Assembly: GCA_022508705.1 (NCBI GenBank)
Contig: JAFLUO010000001.1
Location: 1-37,390, forward strand
DNA from: Oscillospiraceae bacterium
GTDB taxonomy: Bacteria > Bacillota > Clostridia > Oscillospirales > Acutalibacteraceae
Length of the DNA: 37,390 bases
Direction of reading: 5' to 3'
In this document: one piece after another, positions 25,518 through 32,136 of the stretch
How the letters are laid out: each line of letters opens with the position of its first letter
Position numbering within the stretch: position 1 is the stretch's first letter
Program-made: the position numbers and the translations under genes
Notes under the pieces: model-generated
Databases searched by the model: none
The model's input: only the letters and a program-made list of their open reading frames with translations
What the model was told of the DNA's origin: nothing

Positions 25518-27936
25518 TGCCTTCACTGAACTCCCCAATTGTTTTTAACGAATATCTGACTGTTTCCATTGCATCTTTAGCATAGAAATCAGCGCCGATG
25601 CTGTCCGCATATTCCTGTGTCAGCACCGCGCCGCCCACAATAACCTTTACGTCGGGGGCATTTTCTCTTAACTGCTTTATAGTTTCAGCCATTGAAGGCA
25701 CCGTTGTTGTCATTAAGGCGCTCAGTCCCACAAGCTTTGTGTTTTGACGAACCGCCTCTTCAACTATTTTTTCAGGCGGTACATCTTTGCCTAAATCGTA
25801 AACCTCAAAGCCGTAGTTTTCCATAATCAGTTTAACAATGTTTTTGCCGATATCGTGAATATCGCCCTTAACGGTCGCAATAACGAATTTACCTTTGCTT
25901 ACTGTCCCCACGGGACTTTCTTTCATTTTAAGCTTTATTTTTTCAAAAGCTGACGATGCCGCCTCAGCGCTCATAAGCAATTGCGGCAAATACATTGTTT
26001 TATTTTCAAAACCCTTACCCACAATGTCAAGAGCTGGGATTATCTGCGAATTGACTATTTCAAGGGGATTTGTATTTTCCAAAAGAGCAGAGGTAAGGTT
26101 TGCCGCCTTTTCCTTTAATCCTTTAACAATAGCTCTCTGCAATTCGCTTTCGGCATCAACTGAATTTTCACTTGCAAGTGAATTTGCTGTTACGGCAGTC
26201 TGCGACTGTGTATATTTCCCAATGTTCTCAATAAAATCAGAGCAGTTTTCATCAAGCCCCTTTAATGCCTTGAAAGCATAATAGCTTTTCATCATTTCAT
26301 TGGAATTCGGGTTCATAATAGCGGCGGAAAGACCGTTTTCCAAAGCAAGCGTAAAGAATGCACCGTTTAAAATATCTCTGTTCGGCAGTCCGAAAGAAAC
26401 ATTTGAAACACCGAGAGAGGTGTGACAATGTAATTCATTTTTAATGGTATTTAAAGCTTTTAAAGTCGCAATGGCAGAGTTGTTATCAGCGCTGACAGTC
26501 ATTGCAAGGGTGTCAAAAATCAAGTCTTTTTTATCAATACCGTAACTTCCCGCGGTGTTGATAATTTTTTTTGCAATTTCCACTCTTTCTTCTGCCGTTT
26601 CGGGAATTCCGTTCTCGTCAAGGGTCAGGCATACGACTAATCCGCCGTATTTTTTTACGAGAGGAAAAATTTCTTTCATATTTTCCTCTTTACCGTTAAC
26701 GGAATTTATCATTGCCTTTCCGTTATAATGGCGCAGAGCCGCTTCCATAGCTTCAATATCTGTGGTATCTATTTGAAGGGGCAGGTCAATAATCGACTGA
26801 AGCTCAAAGCAGACCTTTTGGAGGATAGCTTTTTCGTCAATTTCAGGCAGTCCCACATTAACGTCAAGAATGTGAACGCCTTTTTCCTGCTGTTTCAAGC
26901 CTTCATTTAAAATATAGTCAATATCGTGGTTTCGGAGAGCTTCCTTAAACAGCTTTTTACCTGTGGGATTTATTCTTTCACCTATAAGCACAGGTGTTTC
27001 TTTAAACTCAACAGCGTGAGTATAAGAGCTTACAAGAGTTTTATTTTTATCTGTAACGGGTTTAGGAACAATATCCTTTGTCTTCTCAACCGTTAAAGAA
27101 ATATAATCAGGGTTAGTGCCGCAGCAACCGCCGAGAATACGGATACCGTCATGTACATATTCACACATCGTTTCTGAAAATTCTTCGGGCAATACGTCAT
27201 AAACCGTTTGTCCGTTAACGGATTTCGGCAGCCCTGCGTTAGGCTTTAAAAGAACGGGGATAGAGGCATATTCTAAATATTCGTTAACTACGCTCTTTAA
27301 CTGTTTTGGACCGAGGGAACAGTTTGCGCCTATGGCGTCAACGCCCAAGCCCTCGAGCATTGCTACCATTGCCGCAGGAGATGCCCCTGTCATTAACTTC
27401 CCGTCTTCACCGTAAGCGTTTGAAACGAATATTGGCAAGTCGGAATTTTCCTTAGCCGCCAAAACTGCCGCCTTGGTGTCAAGAGAGTCGTTCATCGTTT
27501 CGATGAAAATAAGGTCAACGCCGTATTTTGCACCGATTTTAACAGTTTTTGCATAGCAATTTACAGCCTCGTCAAAATCAAAATCACCGTAAGGCTTCAA
27601 CATTTTTCCGATAGGGCCTATGTCAAGAGCGATGAATTTTTCCTGAGTGGCATTGCTTTCATCTTTTGCCTTTTTTGCGTTTTCAACGGCCGCTTTGATA
27701 ATATCTTCAAGTTCTTCATCGCTGAATTTCAGGCAATTCGCACCGAATGTGTTTGTGTTTACTATGTTAGAGCCTGCATCAAAATATTGAATATGAATGT
27801 CAATAATCTGCTGAGGGTGAGATATATTCCATCTTTCGGGAAGCTCGCCGGGCTTAAGTCCGCTTTTTTGGAGCAGAGTACCCATTCCGCCGTCAAGATA
27901 AACTAAATTGTCTTTTATGTAATCTAAAAGAAACAT
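25510..27936 (-). CDS. metH: Cobalamin-dependent methionine synthase (homocysteine-binding, pterin-binding and B12-binding modules) lacking the reactivation domain
   Basis: Hcy-methyltransferase motifs LDGGMGT, ANCSLGP and GGCCGTNP. Pterin-binding region ERINPTGKK. B12 motifs DIHDIGKNIV and GLSALMTTT. I place the start at the ATG at 27936 (MFLLDYIKDN), which overlaps the upstream stop codon as TAATG. The 17-codon extension in the track lies inside the upstream gene. Confidence 0.9.
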   Translation of the reverse strand: MFLLDYIKDNLVYLDGGMGTLLQKSGLKPGELPERWNISHPQQIIDIHIQYFDAGSNIVNTNTFGANCLKFSDEELEDIIKAAVENAKKAKDESNATQEKFIALDIGPIGKMLKPYGDFDFDEAVNCYAKTVKIGAKYGVDLIFIETMNDSLDTKAAVLAAKENSDLPIFVSNAYGEDGKLMTGASPAAMVAMLEGLGVDAIGANCSLGPKQLKSVVNEYLEYASIPVLLKPNAGLPKSVNGQTVYDVLPEEFSETMCEYVHDGIRILGGCCGTNPDYISLTVEKTKDIVPKPVTDKNKTLVSSYTHAVEFKETPVLIGERINPTGKKLFKEALRNHDIDYILNEGLKQQEKGVHILDVNVGLPEIDEKAILQKVCFELQSIIDLPLQIDTTDIEAMEAALRHYNGKAMINSVNGKEENMKEIFPLVKKYGGLVVCLTLDENGIPETAEERVEIAKKIINTAGSYGIDKKDLIFDTLAMTVSADNNSAIATLKALNTIKNELHCHTSLGVSNVSFGLPNRDILNGAFFTLALENGLSAAIMNPNSNEMMKSYYAFKALKGLDENCSDFIENIGKYTQSQTAVTANSLASENSVDAESELQRAIVKGLKEKAANLTSALLENTNPLEIVNSQIIPALDIVGKGFENKTMYLPQLLMSAEAASSAFEKIKLKMKESPVGTVSKGKFVIATVKGDIHDIGKNIVKLIMENYGFEVYDLGKDVPPEKIVEEAVRQNTKLVGLSALMTTTVPSMAETIKQLRENAPDVKVIVGGAVLTQEYADSIGADFYAKDAMETVRYSLKTIGEFSEGNE

Positions 27937-28637
27937 TAAAATTCCTGCTTTCTGAATTCGCAATCGTGATTTGTGCATTCTCTGCATTTGTTTACAGTCT
28001 TATTTTCGCATTTTCTGTCTTTAAGCCCCATAATTGCAGTTACGGATTTTGACGGGGACATTAAAAGACTTTCGTTTAACGAAACGCCTATCTGCCTGCT
28101 GCAATCAAGCAAATTGAAAAGTTCGGTTTGAGTTTTAAGCGGTAAATCGCTGTATCCGGGCGAAAATCTTTTCGTAGTAAACAGATTTTCACTTGCCAAA
28201 TCTTTCTGAGTATCATCGCAAAACGCATCGCAAAGACTTTCAATTCTCTCAGCGCCGTAAGCGTTTGCAATGAGCGATTTTACAGGTGAAATTTTTTGCT
28301 GTTTTGCAATGTATCGGTCTGTTTTCAAACCGATAGTTGCCGCAAAAAGTATTATTTCATTGCAATCCGTAAGTAATTTGGAAAGTGCCTTTGATTTTGC
28401 TGAAAATGGGAGAAGCGGTTCACCGTTTTCCCATTTAAGCTCCATTCGTCTGTAACAAACCTTATAAGAAAAAGCCTCGCTTAAATCTTTTTTTACCTCT
28501 TCAAAAACCTTAATCAGTTCGCGGTCAATTTCCTTTGTACTGCCTTTGTAGCCTGCATAGCGCCAAATTTCATTTTCGTTTATTTGTGAGATTTCGCTTT
28601 CACGGTATTTTTTTACAAAAATCGTATTGCTTTGCAT
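27936..28637 (-). CDS. Stand-alone methionine-synthase reactivation (AdoMet-binding, Met_synt_B12-like) domain protein with a Cys-rich tail
   Basis: KRFSPGYSDLPLKTQTELFNLLD...GVSLNESLLMSPSKSVTAIMG parallels the RPAPGYPACP...LTESFAMWPGASVSG region of the E. coli MetH activation domain. The C-terminal tail has the pattern CX7CX2CX4C (KCENKTVNKCRECTNHDCEF). The RBS GGAG lies within the end of metF. Confidence 0.72.
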   Translation of the reverse strand: MQSNTIFVKKYRESEISQINENEIWRYAGYKGSTKEIDRELIKVFEEVKKDLSEAFSYKVCYRRMELKWENGEPLLPFSAKSKALSKLLTDCNEIILFAATIGLKTDRYIAKQQKISPVKSLIANAYGAERIESLCDAFCDDTQKDLASENLFTTKRFSPGYSDLPLKTQTELFNLLDCSRQIGVSLNESLLMSPSKSVTAIMGLKDRKCENKTVNKCRECTNHDCEFRKQEF

Positions 28638-28640
28638 ATT

Positions 28641-29528
28641 TTACTCCGAAAAACTGTTGCCTAAAATAGCCGAAAGATTTTGCTGAATACCTCTTGCAAT
28701 ATCAGGCTTATTCATTGAGTAAACGTGAATGTTTGTAATTCCGTTTGCGTAAAGGTCAATGATTTGGTCGGTTGCATAGGCAATTCCCGCCTGCTTGCAG
28801 GCTTCGGGGCTGGAGCCGAATTTATCAACGATTGCACGGAATCGTTGGGGCATAAATGCGCCTGAAAGCTTAATTGCCCTGTTAACCTGATTGGCATTCG
28901 TTATCGGCATAATACCGGGAAGAACGGGAACGGTAATTCCTGCTTCTCTTATTTTATAAAGAAAATTAAAGAAAAGATTGTTGTCAAATACCATTTGAGT
29001 TGTAAGAAAATCTGCGCCCGCATCAACCTTTTCTTTAAGATATTTAATATCCTCTCTTTGATTTGAGCTTTCGGGGTGAACCTCAGGGTAGCACGCCGCA
29101 CCTATACAAAAACCGCCTACCTCTTTAAGTTCTCGAATCAAATCAACAGCGTGGCGGTAATCCCAATTTTCTCTGTCAGAATTTTGAAGCTCGGGCGTAA
29201 GGTCGCCACGAAGAGCCATAACGTTTGTGATACCTGCATTTTTCATATCGTTTATTCTCTTTGACACAAGCACCTTGTCTGAGGAAACGCAGGTTAAGTG
29301 TGCAAGCATAGGAACATTATATTTTTCTTTAATATTTTTAACAACCGATAATGTATAATCGCTTGTTCCGCCGCCTGCTCCGTATGTAACACTCATAAAC
29401 GAGGGCTTCAGAGCGGCAATTTCTTCCGTTGCTTGTCTCACGCTTTCAAAGGACGTTTCAACTTTCGGCGGAAAGACCTCGAATGAAAGTGACATTTGAT
29501 TTTTATTTAAAATATCAATTATTTGCAT
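28641..29528 (-). CDS. metF: 5,10-methylenetetrahydrofolate reductase
   Basis: MTHFR-type sequence (SFEVFPPK, SVTYGAGGGT, LAHLTC, ALRGD). I prefer the ATG at 29528 (MQIIDILN), which follows an AAAGGAA RBS. The track start at 29573 adds 15 residues and has no RBS. Confidence 0.88.
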   Translation of the reverse strand: MQIIDILNKNQMSLSFEVFPPKVETSFESVRQATEEIAALKPSFMSVTYGAGGGTSDYTLSVVKNIKEKYNVPMLAHLTCVSSDKVLVSKRINDMKNAGITNVMALRGDLTPELQNSDRENWDYRHAVDLIRELKEVGGFCIGAACYPEVHPESSNQREDIKYLKEKVDAGADFLTTQMVFDNNLFFNFLYKIREAGITVPVLPGIMPITNANQVNRAIKLSGAFMPQRFRAIVDKFGSSPEACKQAGIAYATDQIIDLYANGITNIHVYSMNKPDIARGIQQNLSAILGNSFSE

Positions 29529-29682
29529 AGGATTCGTTCCTTTCTGCTTGCATATATCATAAAATTCTATCATTTATTACACTTTCTTTCAATACGCATT
29601 TTTAAATATTTATAAAAATGTTGAAAAATTAAAACACGGGTGATAAAATAATAAAAAAATATTATGTGAAGGTCGTGTAATA

Positions 29683-30300
29683 ATGGATAATAAAGCATTG
29701 TTTAAGCTGTCATACGGCGTTTTTTTAGTGTCATCAAAAAGCGGAGAGAAAGTAAATGCCTGCATAACTAATACTTGCATTCAGGTGGCAAATGACCCTG
29801 TCAGAATTGCAATTTCGGTTATCAATACGAATTTAACGTGTGATTATATCAAGGACAGCGGAGTGTTCTCCGTGAGCCTGCTTGATAAAACCTGCATTTT
29901 TGATACTATCAAGCATTTCGGTATGCAGTCAGGAAGAAACGTAAATAAGTTTGAGGGCGCAGAGCTTCCGTTGGATGTAAACGGCGTGCCTTATTTGCCT
30001 TGGAGCACATGTGCATACTTAAGCGCTAAGGTAGTGGAAAGCACTGATCTTGGCACTCATACGCTGTTTATTGCAGAGGTTGTGGATATGAATGTTTTGA
30101 GTGATAACGAACCGCTGACTTATGCTGATTATCATAAAGATGTGAAACCCAAGCCTCAGAAGGTTGAGACAAGCAAAAAAATCGTCGGCTGGAAGTGCAA
30201 AATCTGCGGACATATTTATGAGGGAGAAAAATTACCCGAAGATTATGTTTGCCCACTTTGCGGCCACAGCGCAGACGACTTTGAACCGATTTATGAATAA
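29683..30300 (+). CDS. Flavin reductase-like domain fused to a C-terminal rubredoxin (high-molecular-weight rubredoxin, Hrb-like)
   Basis: The N-terminal flavin-reductase-like region reads LSYGVFLVSSKSGEKVNACITNTCIQVANDPVRIAISV. The C-terminal rubredoxin reads WKCKICGHIYEGEKLPEDYVCPLCGHSADDFEPI, with CxxCG and CPxCG motifs. Confidence 0.85.
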   Translation: MDNKALFKLSYGVFLVSSKSGEKVNACITNTCIQVANDPVRIAISVINTNLTCDYIKDSGVFSVSLLDKTCIFDTIKHFGMQSGRNVNKFEGAELPLDVNGVPYLPWSTCAYLSAKVVESTDLGTHTLFIAEVVDMNVLSDNEPLTYADYHKDVKPKPQKVETSKKIVGWKCKICGHIYEGEKLPEDYVCPLCGHSADDFEPIYE

Positions 30301-30325
30301 ATATATGAATAAATAAAAATAAAGT

Positions 30326-30352
30326 AAAAGCATCCTTCGGGATGCTTTTTTT
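30326..30352. terminator. Bidirectional rho-independent terminator between convergent genes
   Basis: Arms aaaagcatcc and ggatgctttt with a ttcg tetraloop. A run of A lies upstream and a run of T downstream. Confidence 0.7.
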
Positions 30353-30366
30353 GTTGTCATTCTGTT

Positions 30367-30597
30367 TTATGTGCCGTAAAACATTTTGTTAAAAGTTGTA
30401 TCTAAAACCTCTTTTATCAATTTGATTTCATCAGGGTAAACATGACGCTGACCGACCTCAATTTTCGCTATTGCGCTTCTTGTAATGTCACAGCCGTTAA
30501 TTTGCAGTTTTGCGGCTAATTGTTCCTGTGTCATATTTTTACTTTCCCGAATTTCACGGATATTCTTTCCGAACTGCTTTTCATAATTTGCATTCAT
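30367..30597 (-). CDS. Small XRE-family HTH transcriptional regulator (76 aa)
   Basis: HTH_3 motif IREIRESKNMTQEQLAAKLQINGCDITRSAIAKIEVG. I place the start at the ATG at 30597, 7 nt after an AGGAG RBS. The track start at 30633 adds 12 residues and would run through the operator. Confidence 0.85.
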   Translation of the reverse strand: MNANYEKQFGKNIREIRESKNMTQEQLAAKLQINGCDITRSAIAKIEVGQRHVYPDEIKLIKEVLDTTFNKMFYGT

Positions 30598-30614
30598 ATT
30601 GCCACTCCTAAAAA

Positions 30615-30632
30615 TGCACCTAAATAGGCACA
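30615..30632. promoter_or_regulatory. Operator-like imperfect palindrome (site 1)
   Basis: TGCACCTAAATAGGCACA matches site 2 at 15 of 18 positions. It lies between the regulator RBS and the -35 box of the divergent promoter. Confidence 0.5.
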
Positions 30633-30640
30633 AAAATTTC

Positions 30641-30669
30641 TTGACAATATTTTAATCTTATGATAGTAT
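30641..30669 (+). promoter_or_regulatory. Candidate promoter of the 392-aa surface protein gene
   Basis: Perfect TTGACA (30641-30646), a 17-nt spacer, then TAGTAT (30664-30669). An AAAGGAAG RBS and the ATG at 30722 follow. Confidence 0.5.
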
Positions 30670-30674
30670 GTTTA

Positions 30675-30692
30675 TGCACCTATATAGGTGCA
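30675..30692. promoter_or_regulatory. Operator-like perfect 18-bp palindrome (site 2)
   Basis: TGCACCTATATAGGTGCA is perfectly self-complementary. It starts 6 nt after the -10 box, so it covers the expected transcription start region. Confidence 0.55.
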
Positions 30693-30721
30693 AATAAATT
30701 GAAAAAGGAAGTTTATTTATT

Positions 30722-31900
30722 ATGAAAGCAAAGAGTAAAAGAAAAATCTTAACGCTCATTTCCGTGATTTGTATTATGGTAATGTTGACATCAGTCAGCA
30801 TATTTTTCGCAGCGGCGGCGGACACGCTCAAAAGAGTGCCGTCAACAATCCCCGGAACTGATAAGGAATATAATTATGTTGAAAATGTAACGATAAAAAT
30901 CCCCGGAACGAATGTGACATTTGATTTTGAAAAGGTTGCTTCATTTGTTTTGGTTGATAATAAGTATTCATTTCGCAGTAATATAGAAGACACCGATTTT
31001 GATATACCTGTATACCATTTCTACATTTTTGAATCGGATGGGACGGTAACAATAAATCAAGATAGTGAGTGGATGTATTGTATAAATGGATATGATATGG
31101 GTGAAGGTTTTGACTATTCGATTGAGAAAGGTACGAAAGTTTGGGGAAAAAAAGTTGATAGCTCCTTAAAAAGCGACGACTTTAGTGATGAAATTACAAC
31201 AATAATCACTTCAAATGATAACTTCATTGGAGGTATTGGTTGGGAAACTGATATAGAAGAATTAAAAGAAACTGCTATTGCGAGAGTAGAGATAGAAAAA
31301 ATAGACCGTAATTTCTATATGTTTGACAAAGATTATGACGATACCTATACTAAATTTGAAGAAACACGGTACGGATTTGATAATCACGACGAAACCATAG
31401 ATATTTCATTGTTAGATGTAAATTATAAACCGAATGAGGAGTATAAAATTATTGATGGTGCAAATTCTGTTGTAAATTCAGACACAAAATCTCTTATAAT
31501 AAGGATAGATGCTGAATTCAGCAAGTTTACTGGTGTTACGGTTGACGGTAAAGCGGTTGACAGCAGTAATTACACCGCCTCAGAAGGCAGTACAATAGTT
31601 GAGTTTAAGGGCGAATACCTCAGCACGCTCAGCGTTGGTAAGCACACAGTTTCAATTCTCTTTACAGACGGCGAAGCAACAACACAGTTTGAAATAAAAA
31701 GAGATAAAGATACAGGCAATACAGACACTACGGATACAACGGAAAAAACGGATAATCCGATTGTTGATGTTGAAATTCCAAACACAAACAATGAATTGAG
31801 TAATTCAACAGCAATATATGCGTTAGTTTTAACACTCATTGCCGTAACAGCGGTAATCGGAATTGCTGTAATCCGCAAGAAGAAGTATCTCGTAAAATAA
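30722..31900 (+). CDS. Secreted or cell-surface protein of unknown function with a C-terminal hydrophobic anchor and a basic tail
   Basis: Signal peptide MKAKSKRKILTLISVICIMVMLTSVSIFFAAAA. Asp/Thr-rich stalk KDTGNTDTTDTTEKTD. The C-terminus reads IPNTNNELSNST-AIYALVLTLIAVTAVIGIAVI-RKKKYLVK. The coding region is AT-rich. Confidence 0.8.
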   Translation: MKAKSKRKILTLISVICIMVMLTSVSIFFAAAADTLKRVPSTIPGTDKEYNYVENVTIKIPGTNVTFDFEKVASFVLVDNKYSFRSNIEDTDFDIPVYHFYIFESDGTVTINQDSEWMYCINGYDMGEGFDYSIEKGTKVWGKKVDSSLKSDDFSDEITTIITSNDNFIGGIGWETDIEELKETAIARVEIEKIDRNFYMFDKDYDDTYTKFEETRYGFDNHDETIDISLLDVNYKPNEEYKIIDGANSVVNSDTKSLIIRIDAEFSKFTGVTVDGKAVDSSNYTASEGSTIVEFKGEYLSTLSVGKHTVSILFTDGEATTQFEIKRDKDTGNTDTTDTTEKTDNPIVDVEIPNTNNELSNSTAIYALVLTLIAVTAVIGIAVIRKKKYLVK

Positions 31901-31910
31901 TAAATTTAAG

Positions 31911-31945
31911 TACGGGAGGGTTTCCACGCCCTCCCGTATTTTTTG
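31911..31945 (+). terminator. Rho-independent terminator
   Basis: A 10-bp GC-rich stem (tacgggaggg and ccctcccgta) with an 8-nt loop, followed by a T7 run. Confidence 0.8.
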
Positions 31946-31960
31946 CAAATTTTGACACTC

Positions 31961-31992
31961 TGTAGGGGCAGGCATTGAAATCTGCCCCTACA
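31961..31992. other. Second stable hairpin of unknown role
   Basis: An 11-bp stem (tgtaggggcag and ctgcccctaca) with a 10-nt loop and no clear U-tract on either strand. Confidence 0.3.
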
Positions 31993-32069
31993 AATTTATT
32001 GAAAAAATAATCGAATATGAAATAAATAATCAAAATAAATAATTTATCAAAGCATAGCAATAGTTTTTA

Positions 32070-32099
32070 TTGACATTGTAAGCAATATTATTGTATAAT
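32070..32099 (+). promoter_or_regulatory. Candidate alaS promoter
   Basis: Perfect TTGACA (32070-32075), an 18-nt spacer, then a perfect TATAAT (32094-32099). An AAGGTGA RBS lies 7 nt before the ATG at 32137. Confidence 0.6.
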
Positions 32100-32136
32100 T
32101 TACAAGATTATGATTTTGAATTAAGGTGATTTCTTA

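Noticed and set aside
29574-29682. Possible SAM-I riboswitch upstream of metF/metH
   Set aside because: Only 109 nt separate divergent start codons, the sequence is almost entirely A/T, and there are no GC-rich paired helices. It is better read as a divergent promoter region.
31946-32136. Possible T-box leader upstream of alaS, since aminoacyl-tRNA synthetase genes in Firmicutes often have one
   Set aside because: The region is very AT-rich. It contains a near-consensus promoter only about 40 nt before the ATG. It shows no T-box sequence (AGGGTGGNACCGCG-like), no specifier-loop architecture and no terminator/antiterminator pair after the promoter.
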